Shown piece by piece: positions 24,050-36,597 of a stretch of DNA of 64,000 bases. The stretch covers positions 5,704,001 to 5,768,000 of the forward strand of contig CM102287.1 of the NCBI GenBank assembly GCA_046563655.1. Direction: 5' to 3'. Source of the DNA: Yuukianura sp. NJ FZ-2021 (taxonomy: Eukaryota). Numbering within the stretch: the stretch's first letter is position 1; the number at the start of each line of letters is the position of its first letter. The translations under genes and the position numbers were made by a program. Below the pieces are notes generated by a model, which had not been told where the DNA came from, did no database searches, and saw only the letters and a program-made list of their open reading frames with translations.

Positions 24050-27000
24050 TTAGGAATTGTTATTAACTATAAAATTATGATTAGGTTTCGGCTGTCGCCA
24101 TCGTCCTCCTCTGCCCCCTCTCATCGGTGGCCCGCCGCGACCTCTCCAAGGACCAGGAGGGCCCTCTCTCCACCCGCCCCGCTTATTATGAAAACGTTCA
24201 TTAGGCCCGCCAAAAAATTCACGGTCTTTCGGTCCACGTCGGTCGTCGAATGGGTTGTCATTGGAAACAAACGGATTCCCGCCTGGTGGTACGAATGGGT
24301 TAGGTGAGGGATTCATAAATGGATTTTGGTTGGGCGGGCCTCCGTCAAACCATGGTCGTAGTCCACCTCGGTCGTTCATAAATGGTGGTCGGAATCCGCC
24401 ACCTAGATATAAGTATTGCAATATTTAGTTACGGAATTTGAGCTGAGTCTTGAAAATAGTGAATTGTAACTTACGAAAATTATTCGGACCACGGTGACCT
24501 AGAAGTGGCGGAGGGCCACCGACAATTGGTTGTCCTAATAAGCTATTGGCCAGATTCATTCCACCGTCCGAATTTGCTCCAGGATTGTTCAAGCCATATC
24601 CGCCAGCCATGGATTTCAGACGATCGAACAATTTATCCTCGGGTCGTTGCTCCTGAACACGAGAAGAAATCAATTATAAGATCATGATCATCAAATCCGA
24701 TAGTATTTAGAACTTAGTAACGGCATGAATTGAGTTTTAACCTGAGGAAGTTCATTTCTTCCATCCATATCACGAGTCGGGGAATACTTCTCGTCTGGAT
24801 TATTAAAGCGACTTCGTTTCCTACAAAATCAAACATAATTCTTAGCACGCTATTTTATAATTTTAGACTTCTAAAGTATTTCCTTTTTAGGTAAATATTT
24901 TATTCGAGGATTTTATGTGTACTTGAAATGGTAAACCAAATACACTCAAACAACCTCAACTTTGATTTGGCAATCTGACATGCTCCTGTTCAGTTTCAAA
25001 CAAACCAAGAGTATTCAGATCAGATTGCTCACTTAATATTTAACTTAAATATTTATTCTGGAACTGAAAGCACTTGCCTTTCTCTCTCTCCTCTCTCTGG
25101 ATTTGTTCGTTTCCTTTCATCTTCCATGTCATCATCCCCTCCCATAGAATTTGCACTGGTCATTTGAACGTTACTGGAGTTGTCTAGTGGTACAAGCGGT
25201 GCATCTCCCAGCAAGCCTTGCGCACCGGGGGGAAGTTTCATTTGTGACGCAGATGAATCGGAATTCATTCCGAGAGGTCCTGACCCCATCATACTCATCA
25301 TTCCAGGCAATTGGAATTGAGGCATTTGGGGCATTCCCATTGGCCCACCTATAAAACACATGTTAACATTCAACAGCGCTGCACTATATAGTAACTTAAC
25401 AGTACAATTCTTACCAATTATCTGAGGTGGCATTATCATATTGAGTGCCATTGGGGGAACTCCAAGCATTCCAACCGATTCTGAAATTGGACGAAAAATA
25501 AATATCGCAAGACAGAACGTAAATAAAACTGATAAATGCAAAAACTAACGTGGCATTCCAAACCCAGCGTTTGGCATGACAGGCGGAACAGGAGTAGGGA
25601 CGGCTAGTTGATTCGTTGTAAGATCTTTTCTGGCATCAACGTCATTGGCAGCGACACCGTTGGTTCCTGCTTCCTTTGACGGAGCTTTCGCTGGGGTCGT
25701 TTCACTATTTGAATCGGTCGGCAGTGTAGCCGTTGCAGAATCCCCACTTTTCTTGTCTTCTGACTCCGACTTGTCTTTTTTAGGTCGACCTATGAAAACA
25801 ATTGAATAATGCTTAGAGTTAATAATGTCAAATTCCGAACGGAATGTTTAGAAATGCTGAATTATTACTTTTGAGAAAGTCTGGCAGAGTAGTTTCATCA
25901 GTACAACCACCGTCTTCGAACTCTTCTAGATCAGTTTCAATTGTAAGTTTGTTCCAAGGAATATAAGAGATCCCACAGTCAACCTCCCAGTAGTCTTTCC
26001 AGTCTCGCCCTTTCACACCTTTCCCAGGCGCCCACGCAAGCTATAACACAACATATTTTAAAGTAAGCTGAAAATTCAAACTGAACAAGTAAAAAACTGG
26101 AGTGAATTCTCAATGTCAAACAGACTTACAGTTATTTCTTTTCCTTGCAGTTTCGTTCCTTTCTTGAGTCTGTCAAGCGCCCTTACAGCGTCTTGCCTTC
26201 GATTCATAACAACAAAGGCACAACCCCTCGACTGTATCAAGTCAATGGAAACGACATCTCCGTATTGCCCGAAAGTATCCGACAACTCTTCTTGGGACAC
26301 CAACTTCGACAAATGTCCCACCCATAACGTTGTACTGCAGACAGAGAGATGTTCTCTTCGTGAAGTCCCGAAACCTTTTCGCTGTCGTTCTTTTTCCTCT
26401 CGACGTTCACGAGAGCGGTCACGACGTTTACTTGATCGGCTACTTGAGTGATTTCTGGACGACGATCGTGATCCTCTGGAACGCCGAGGCGACGGACTTC
26501 TGTCGTTGCTTCGAGACCTTCGTGACCTCTCCCTTGACCTGGATCTGAATCAAATTCAACCAATCAGTAATCTCATAATGAGAAAAAGTAATGCTTAAAC
26601 TTTCAATGAAGTTTCATACCTCCGCCTTCTTCGATCATTTCTATTTCTATCTCTCTCGCTTCGATCTACACGATGACTACGAATTTCTATGATATCGTCG
26701 TCCAGGTCCATGCTATTGCTCCCCTGAATAGAAGGATCGAAAGGAAGAGGCTGTTGCGGTGGCGGCTGAAAATTTTGGAACAACCCACCTTCGTGTAGCT
26801 GCGTAGCATACAATGCCATTGCATTCTAGGTTCATATGAAATTTAAAAAAAAATAAACATTGAGAAACATTTCCGACAAGCGACAAATGACAAATTATAA
26901 ATAGCTAAATAAAAGGAATAAAGTGAGTTACCGTTTCAGACTGTTGCTGCTGGGCAGCAAATTGTGATGCAATGAGTGGAAAATTGAGCGGAAGTCCGAA

Positions 27001-28365
27001 AGGATTTCCAGCAACACCTTGGTCGGCAGCGAGTTGCTGGAAAAAAGGAGGCGGGGCAAGTACTCCGTGAGAGAGTTGGTTTGAATTTTGGTCAGTAGAT
27101 CCGCCAGCGAAACCATCTTCTGGCGATTTCGCTTTGTTTTCTTGATCCTCAATAAAATCCCCACATTCAACAGCGAAATGCGTTTTCTGAAACAGGAGAA
27201 ATGACGGTTTTAAAACAAAGTCATTAAGTCAATCATGTGACGAAAATATTGAATGCAAAAGTAATAATGTGATACTTACTGCAACTGTTTGGGCTAAACG
27301 TTGATCAAAGGCGGCTTCTTGCTTATTCAGTTCAGCCAGTTTACGTTGCCTCTCCTGTTCTGGAGTTAGGTATTCCGTTTGCTGCTGAGCTTGTGCGGCA
27401 GCAGCAGCGGTCATTTGCTCCTGAAGCGTCTGTAGTTGCCGCAACACTTCTGGATTACTTAAAATACTCCCCAATGCATCCATTCCCGCCAGAGGATTGA
27501 CGGCTAATTGAGAAGCAGCAGGTTCGTTTCGAATAACTGGCGGTGGCGGAGCTTGGATATTCGAAGAAGATGCTGCATTATTAGTCGTAGGCTTCTCTCC
27601 ATCTTCTTCTTCATCGTAGTCGTAGTCAAGTAGATGAGATTTGAACTGAATTTCATTATAAAAGCTACTGGCGGTGGCATTAGAATTGGACGTCTGTCCA
27701 TTTCCTGCATTGTTCACCGGTCCACCACTTCCACTTGCACTGGTATCCACTAATGTACTCACTGTTTCCCATATCGCGTTATTAGGATCCGCCAAGTCAA
27801 ACAGTGGTGCAATAGCTTCCGGGTTGAAGATTTTGTTCTTTTGCCATAAGTTTAACACACGAATCACTTTGGGTTTGTCCTCTTCCGGACAGCGATAAAT
27901 ATGGACGAATGTTGCTTGGAGGTTACGAGCAAATCTCGTCGTGAAAATATCTTTTTCGACTCCGTACTGATGCCGAGACTGGCGAATGATTGAGTCGATT
28001 ACGTATAGCCCAGGAATCTTGTATTCGGCTTTACACTGCAAAGTATAAAAGACAGCACACAGTTATGTTTGTAAAACCTTAACCTTCATAGGTTACTTGC
28101 ATAGTTCGTCATACGTACCTTCTGGATAAACTTCTCAACACTCTGGACGACATGTTTATACAGTTTCACTGCTTTCAGAGCAGCTTTAGTGATTGCCGTC
28201 ATCTTTCCTTTAGAAATCGGTGGCTTTACATCATACAGGGAAGAGAGCTGAAAACAAAACAAAAAATCCATTAATTACACGTAGGAAAGTATCCGGAAGT
28301 ATCCAAAATTCGAGATTAGGTACCTCCGAATTGAACAAATTGACTAGGTCCATCTCCGACGCCAT
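24050..28365 (-). CDS. SCAF8: SR-related CTD-associated factor 4/8 (CID, RS region, RRM, Pro/Gly-rich tail)
   Basis: About 13 exons. CID (FNSELSSLYDVKPPISKGKMTAITKAALKAVKLYKHVVQSVEKFI; YKIPGLYVIDSIIRQSRHQ), RS repeats, RRM (LWVGHL, RGCAFVVM), WKDYWEVDCGISYIPW. Confidence 0.92.
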
Positions 28366-30084
28366 CTTATGGAAAACTCCCCGCCGTCGCCGTCCCCTTA
28401 AAGGGGGTTCTTCGTAATACCGAAAACTAACTTTCCAAGCGGTCAATGGTACTGTATCTCGTCACTATCTGAACCGATTGATTGAAGTCACTGTAACGTT
28501 CCGGAAACGAAAAGTAAAGGGAACTGCACAGTAGATTAATCTCGTCTCTTCGTGCTGACACGCCTTCTTAACTGCCCCGGTATCTGGTATTGGTAATTAA
28601 AACTTCCACACCTTTTTAATTCTTCCTAGTTAATGCCGATTACAAAACGATAGTGGTTAAACTGCATTCGCAATTAAATTGTGTTTGTCGCTAGTTATCA
28701 CGTAAATAACAAAACAAACACAACGTAAATATCTTTTTATACTCAAACTTGTACAACAACTGATCTCTTACTATGAAATTACAGAATTTGTCCCATAGTA
28801 AGTTAGTAAACAAAATTTGTAAAAGTCTGTTTTAAAATTTTTCAAAAACCCCGATTATTCGATGTTTTTGAATACTAAACAAATCTTAGAAAATTTTAAG
28901 GCTATGATTCCTTCAGATTCAGAACTTAAACCTGTCTACTTTTTTTACATTTGGTATTTGCATTGCTTGGAGTTGCGTTCTTGCATTTGTCGTTCTCCCG
29001 TATAAAGACGAGTGAGAGCGACGGCAAACTTATGCGGGAATAAGCTAAGCACCTCTTAACACCTTTTTAGTTCATATTTACCCGCCCATAGATGACGCAA
29101 ACACACAAAGTCATAGTTCATCAATTAACTAATTAATTTAAAACATAATTAATAACACTAAAACACTAATCAAGCATCCGCTAAATTCAATTAAATAATG
29201 GTGGGTGGTATAGAGCGTGGAGCGGAATTCGGAAAAAAACTTAAATGGATTCGTGCCTCACGAGCATGGCGCATATTAGATTAATTACGTTCAAATCATC
29301 AAATCTCATAAAACTATTTAAAATTGAGGCATAGCATGGGTCAAAGGTTGACCTTGATAATTAGTAGAGTTAAATTCAAAGAACTAGAACCAAACCAGTG
29401 AATCAGTGCTGGAAGCAACAGAGTTTAAACAATTTTTGCCTATTTCATAAAATCCAATTCATTGCTCCAAACACTGATTCAAGTTCCTTTGGTCAATTAT
29501 CAACTAAGTATTAGTTGATGTTTTTGATATGGGCGCAGTTTTTATTCCACAAAATTGACATGTAATAGCTACAACTAACTTTACTGGAGCAGCATCGATC
29601 ACAAGTTATCAATCCCGACGATACTGCTAAAGGCTGCCTAAATACCCTAGACTAAATAAGTACATAATTAACATTTGGATGACAGAGGACAGAACGACAG
29701 ACAGACTCGCAAGCCAGGAAGTAGTTTGTAAAGAATAAGTTAATGAGTATAAGTAAAGGAGGATCTACGTGTTTACAACATTTGCTAAGGAAAAGAAACC
29801 ACAATTACGAAAAAACTTAATGAAAGTACATATCGTTTTATCGGTTGTAATAAGTTAAGTACGGTACACAGGTTCAAGTTGCGTGAAACACAGGTTTTTA
29901 TAACATTATTGGGGATGCTTATCGAACAAGCAGTAAACGAAGAGATAAGTTTCCTCTTAGATTGGCCTCCGGTTGAGCCAAATAATAATTAAGTTTCCCG
30001 TGTGTTTTTGACTCGTTTAGTAATGATACTGACAGTAATAGTAGGTGGAATTATTGTGTTAGACCAGTGGTTGCTTCATCTCGA

Positions 30085-31026
30085 TCAGTCAGGGCGTTTG
30101 GTAGGAAGATACTTGGGCTTGGCTCCGTCGACGGGAGTGACAGGACTGAGACCTTCCATGGCCTCGTCATCAGCAATGTGGACAACAATTGAAGGGTGGT
30201 CCACTGATTCTGGTTTGTGCAATTCATGACAACCTCCTGTAAATGATCAAACAAAAACATCAATTTAGACCTGCAAATTCGGATTAGTAATAAAAAGTTT
30301 GAGTGTAATTCGTTCTTTGGCATTTGAGAGAAACACAAGCATTCTGTGACGTTTACCTGGTCCAAGTTTAGCCAGTGCTGCAACTAAATCAAAATCCAAG
30401 TTCGGATGATGCTCTTTAATTGGTGCCCAATCTACCGGTGGAGATGCTGGAGGCGAAATCAGGAACAATTTGTCTGGAACTGGCGGGTGCAATAGTCCGT
30501 CTTCGGAAGATTTTGATTTGACCTGCAAATTATTTGTAAAGATAATGTCACGTCTTTATGAATCAATTCGATGTAAAATTCATACCAGGGGTTGTCCGAA
30601 ATAGCACTTGAGTGTGGAGGTTCCAAGAGTACTCATGTGAACTTTGATTCTAGCTTTGATAGCACTAGCAGCCGAGTCGAATGTTACTCGAACACGTCTA
30701 AAACTTTTAAAGTAGTACAATTGGGCGTCTTCTCCATAAAATCGGAACATCCCTTCTAGTTGTTGCTTTAGGAAGTTGTTGTCAAAAAAGTCATCACTGA
30801 ATCCGGTAACGATTAACGAAGTAGGAAATTGCTCTGGATCACTGTTGACCAAATCCTCTAGAGTCATGTTGCTCAGTTGACCTTGGATATGATTCAAATT
30901 TACACCAAGTTCCTCCAGTTGTCGACGGATTCGATTTTCTTCATCCATCGCACTATAATTGAGGCCGTCTTGAGCGTTAACGTAAATCTCATCGTCGCTA
31001 CCAACAGGGCTTTCTTCTCGGAACAT
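30085..31026 (-). CDS. RCAN: Regulator of calcineurin (calcipressin, sarah)
   Basis: Exons 31026-30586, 30522-30357, 30236-30085. Motifs FKSFRRVRV, FLISPPASPP and PSIVVH; C-terminal PTKRPD. Confidence 0.95.
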
Positions 31027-31749
31027 CCTGGTTGATTAAGTACCGCTTCCGATTCCAAGTGTATTCTTCCTTCCAAATGAGTTCAGCAAACTACTGCTGT
31101 CGATTTGATGAATGGAGTCTTTCCTACAAAGATGAAACAATGGAGTATGGAACAATGTTAGTTACTGTAAATCAAATAATTTGACGCAGAGCATTCCCGG
31201 TAGCCGCGCTACGGAGACCGAGGCTCTGGATCGGCCTCTTTCGGTTTCGGTCCAACAGAAAGTAACTAGAGTTCGAAGTACATAACCTAATAACATTAGT
31301 GTCACGCTTGAAACCCCAGTCAAGCCGTACATTGTCTTTGTCATCAGTTACTCCTACTCCTTGCTATAGGTAACGTTCCACGGGATTGAAAATGAATGAA
31401 TACTTGACTTACCTGCGACAGCGTCGGAATCGGAATCGGAAATACGGAAATGAAAAATCCTATCCACGGTTGTGAAGACAGCAATTCCCCCGAGATTAAT
31501 TCGGAGTAAAATCAATCACGGATGAGGACAAGAAGAATCAAATGTCGTCAACTGGACACTGATTGACTGATTATTGATGTCGCTCCGTCTTTATATTGTG
31601 GTGCGACCGTTGTTTATGTATTTTGAAAATGCAATCAACACCCCTTCCTTGGTATTGTTATTCCTTTGATTTTGAAGATAAAGAAAAACAACCGCTGCGC
31701 TTGGTTGTTCTGTGGTCCTAAACTCTTCCTTGAATGAAATTGCTCCGAA

Positions 31750-32791
31750 CATAGAGTTGTCAAGACGACGATTTTTCGTTTTTTCTTTTAACTAGAGTGG
31801 ACATGAGGCATTTTTTCAACAAAATTTTTGAAGCAAATTAAAAGAGGTTAAAAGAGGTAAAAAACCGATTTCACCTGAACTTTAAGCTCGGTTCACACAA
31901 ACGACGAAATTTAGATTTTCAGTTTTCAAAATTTCTAAAATTATGAATAAAAATGCGAAAAGCAGGTTTTTTTTAGACTTTTTAGACAAAATATCCGCGC
32001 ATATCTGTCATGATACAAATGGTGACTAGTAGTGTGCCAAGAGGAGGTGGCTACCGGCAACCCAACCCAACAATTGCTTCTGCTGCTGAAATTGCTTTGG
32101 CAAAAAGTTAAATTGAAGTTACTATTTACTAATTCTAATTAAATTACTGATACTTAAGTTAATTACATCTAAACAACCTATCTACATCTAAGTTACTATC
32201 TACTTACTAAGTATACATCAATGGTAGAAATCACCAGGTTATTCTCCCGTGATTTAGGAACTATGGATCTGACACGGGTGTCACTGATTTGTTTGGAGTT
32301 TGAGGCGACACAAACAGTCAAATATGTAGTTTCTGAAGTTCAAAGTGTGGATCTTCAATTGGTGAACCCTGGAGTCAAATTAACTTCCTTCTAATTAGTT
32401 TCACTGCAATTGAGACTTCAAGCTGCTGTAGCTCAGAAGTTATGGATATCCTTCTAAAGTATCTAAAGTACTGCCACAACCGTTCTCTACAAATCTCACT
32501 TGCAGTAAAGTTAATTAGCAAGAAGTTTATTTGGCTCCACGATTCACCAACCAAAGATCCACCCTTTGCAATTCAAAAATTATTTGACTGTCTTTTCAAC
32601 TTTTTTTTATTAACAATTTTAGAAAGTTTGAAAGAACGTTTGAATTTCGTCGTGAGAACCGGGCTTAAAGTTCAGGTGAAATCGGTTTTTTTACCTCTTT
32701 TAATTTGCTTCAAAAATTTTGTTGAAAAAATGCCTCATGTCCACTCTAGTTAAAAGAAAAAACGAAAAATCGTCGTCTTGACAACTCTATG
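31750..32791. mobile_element. Non-autonomous DNA transposon with long TIRs, P-element-like (hAT not excluded)
   Basis: About 155-bp TIRs beginning CATAGAGTTGTCAAGACGACG. Perfect 8-bp TSD GCTCCGAA at 31742-31749 and 32792-32799. No transposase ORF. Confidence 0.88.
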
Positions 32792-33179
32792 GCTCCGAAT
32801 GTATTCACAAATTGGCCAATGACGTATCACAGTCACCCTCCAGATTACTGGTTACACGAATTTCTCAGTCAACGATACTTGTTTAGGTAGTAAATGTTGG
32901 AAAAACAGGAACAAAAGTATACTAAGAAATTCAGTTCAGCAGATCCACTTCCAGTTTCATTAGAATAGCAAACTAAACGTGTAGGTTCAACTGTGGTAAT
33001 GTTGGTAAACTGAAATAAAAGAATGACACCGATGATGTCAAAACCAAGAAGAATGAAAATGAAAGAGTTTTTTGAAATCAACGAGAAAATACGAGAAAGT
33101 ACTAGGTTACTCAAATCCCACTCACTGAAGTCTTATTCCGAATCCGAATTTCGGACTGCTCTCTGTGGGATAAGATCAG

Positions 33180-33672
33180 GGCTTCGATGAAATTTGATCG
33201 AATGAATTACCTACAACGAAACGGATTTTCCGAATAAATTTCTCCGATACCAATTTACAACGAAAGTCAACGAAAGAAGTACGGATATACCCTAACCTAA
33301 AATAATCACTATATCATGCTAATAAGTTAACAGGAAAATACTGTAGAACATAAGTGAATTCACTGAATGCAACCCTAGAGAAAGTTACTCTACCAGTTTG
33401 ATGTACTACACTGTTTCATTCATTGAAGAAAATATTTTCCCTATGTTGTGTTTTTAGGTTCTCACTGGGCAATAGCGATTAGGCTTAAAACAGGTTTTGG
33501 GTTAGGTTAGGTTGTTTTTATCTCTTCTATTGAATTTCAACTTCCATTGTAATTCAACTTTCGTTGTATCTTCCACTTTTGTTTTAATTCACCTTTCGCC
33601 GTAATTAGTTTCGGGAAATTCATTCGAGGAAATTCGCTTCGTTATAATTCATTCGATGAAATGGCGTGCGGC
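33180..33672. mobile_element. Degenerate inverted-repeat element (old MITE)
   Basis: Nested inverted matches tcgaatgaatta/taattcattcga, cgaataaattt/aaattcattcg, aatttacaacgaaag/ctttcgccgtaatt, cctaacctaa/ttaggttagg. Confidence 0.5.
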
Positions 33673-34742
33673 CAAAACTAGGAGAGATTGTGAGAGAGAG
33701 TAACATTCGAAAATTGGTTGAAACAGGGAACGTGACACAGCATGTAATCGCCCCAAGTTAAGTTACCGCATGTTTGGAAGTTGTGGACAACGTCTAATTA
33801 ACTACAACTTGTACTTAATTGTTGTAGATGTAAATAACAAGATAGACTTTTCATTTCATTGATAAAGACAATTTACGATTTTAGTTACATTAGACGACAA
33901 TAATTAACATTTCAGTTGGATTAATAAAAGAATGGTTACACGACATACTTTTATTTGTTACTTCAACCAGTGTAGACCTTGAAATACTAGGGTGAAGAAA
34001 ATTTAAAAATTCCCGCGGCGAATTAAAAATTGAAAGGCACAAACTATAGATGGATAGGGGTTCGCAATTTGCGAATCGCAAGTTGCGATTCGCAACTCTA
34101 AAAAACAATTTATTAATCATTAATTAAAATCATCGCGTTTTCTTAAGTATTTAAATTTACTGGCACATGTCATAAAAACGTGCGAAGGGTTGGGACAATC
34201 GGAGAATCGTATTTTCATTTTGGATGGATAGTACACGCTATTCGAGATCCTGAATCACAATTTGCAAAACTTTTGCATCTTGATTTTGCAATTGTTTTGC
34301 ACGTTCCCTGATTTCGTACAATTCCTTGGTTTTCACCGCCATAATAATTTTCACCACAATTTATGCTTAGAGACTTATGTTCTCTAGCAAAAAAAAATTA
34401 AAAGAGAAACCAGGAATTTTATATATAAATATGAATAACGTTTTGAATTTCAACTCGATTTTGTGTTTGAAAACCTCGTAAACATTTAACTGCTTGAAAT
34501 TTTACACACTTTTGCATTCAAAAGTATTGAGAAAAGAAATTCGAAATTTTTAATTCTGAAAGGAAATTGAACATGAATTTCGTTATGACAGGCGTGTGCC
34601 AAAATAAACAAACTTTCAAAAATTGGCCAAAATCTGTTATGAAAATCGCTTCAAAAAATACTTGTACATACTTTTTTTTTGTCAAACCTTATTCTAAATT
34701 TTTCTTCTATTTTCAGTAACTCTTTTTAAATCCAAATTCCAC

Positions 34743-36440
34743 ATGCGTAAGGTAGAAGACAACAACAAGAATGACAACCGGAAGAAACGCCCACAAGGTC
34801 AAAGGTCACCACAAGCAGCTAGGGAGCTTAACCTCCCAGGGATTCGTGTATGCATTCTGCAGTACTCAACCAAGTTTTTTTTATATAAATTAAAATTATA
34901 ATAGTTTTAAAGATTTTATAACTTGCTCGGATAGCTAACCTAACCATTGACTGAAATACTTTGACAGAAACTTCGAAATCTCAATTTGCGAAAACATTCG
35001 GAGCATATTTGGCGTGACCCTGGTGGTGGTGACGTCTACTCATCTCAGTCAGAAGATGAAGATCATCCAGAACGAAATGTTACACAAACTGGGGGTCCAT
35101 TTTTGTCAACTTTGCATAGATACATTCCGAGAACACGCCGGAATTGTCCCATTCCGCGATTTCTGTCACCACGAGGAGAGCAATTCATAGACGACGGTTC
35201 GGCTACTTCCGTTCGGAAACACCCAAGCAGCTTCCGGTCCCGAGTTGGTGTCACACCATTTCCTGATACAAAATCCAGTACACGTGACCTCGATAAAAGA
35301 TCGTCCAAGATCTCCGGATGGCTTCGTCCTTCCGAATCGCGTCAGACTCAGAAGTCGGTACCTTCTAGAACGACTTCGATAACACGAAAAACTCAATCGG
35401 AAAGTGTCATACCGGATACGCAGAGTTCAAAATCCGTTCAGCCTCCTCTGCCCTACTACTCCCTACCCGATAAAAAATCCAGCGATGTCGGAGCCGTAAG
35501 CGAACGAAAACGCTCTTTGCCAAATTTTTATTCCAGCTCAGCAACCGTTGCCAAGAAACAGCAGTCTCAACGGTCAGTACATCCGGAAGTATCTTCATCG
35601 AGGAATCTGCATAGTGACGCATCATCAGCGTCATTGGCTGCAAAGCCGCCGGTACCGCTACCGCGGAGAAGCTTGATTCTAAAGAAAAGTCTGCACAAAG
35701 AAGTTTCTGAGGATACCGAATCTTCTACTCTGGAAACCGAACCGGTTCGACCGGTTGCGAAACCGCGGAGCCAACGACTCAAAGTCCCCAAGTCGTCTGA
35801 AAAAATTGAAGAGGTGTCCACATCACAAATGAAGTTTGAAGAATCAGCCGACGACGCTTCGAGTACCGAAGATACCTCTGAGGTACCTCGGTTTTACATC
35901 GAATTCGACCCCTGTTTGGTCTTCCACGACGAATCTTCGCCATTAGATACCGAAACCTTGAGCCAGACCAAATCGACGACGTGTGACCCTTGTCAAGGTT
36001 ATGCTTTACCAAGGCATCGCAGGATACCTCCGCATCTGAGGTACCAACAAGAGATACAACCGCGGTACACCGACGAACCTATGTTTTGGGCCAAATCAAG
36101 ATGGGCACGCATGCGTGGCTGTGAAGATCCTGCGTTGTGGCCACCAGATCCCAAGCGGTACCCAATTCCTGATCATATTCTGAACAATGCCCTGCGTGTC
36201 GTGAGGGAACCGAAGAGGAGACCGATTCCGAGGTACCAGGACAGTACCGGTAAAGTTTCTAACTGGTGTTCGTCTGGTCTAGCACGAAACTACATTTACA
36301 AACCGGATTACGGTAAGGTACCGGCGTACCTTCAGTCATCCCGAAGAGAGCCGCAGGGGCTACGTCCAGACGAATTTGGATCCATTATGAACATGTGCCT
36401 CCCGAGCGAGTTTTTTGAAAAATGTTTTCCAAAATCTTAG
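34743..36440 (+). CDS. Uncharacterised Ser/Pro/Arg-rich protein with an enkurin-like C-terminal motif
   Basis: Exon 34743-34847 splices in frame to 34968-36440. The long ORF is mostly low complexity; NYIYKPDYGKVPAYLQ resembles the start of the enkurin domain. Confidence 0.65.
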
Positions 36441-36597
36441 TGTTACGGCTTTAATTGGTAATTGATTCAGTAAAAATGAGATCAGACGTAAACAAAAGTT
36501 AACAAATTGCTTCCTTCAACCAAAATTTCAAATTCCAAATTATTTTTTGAAAATTTTTCAAAATCGATTCTGTTTGGATTCGAAAGTGCCGAGTTTC

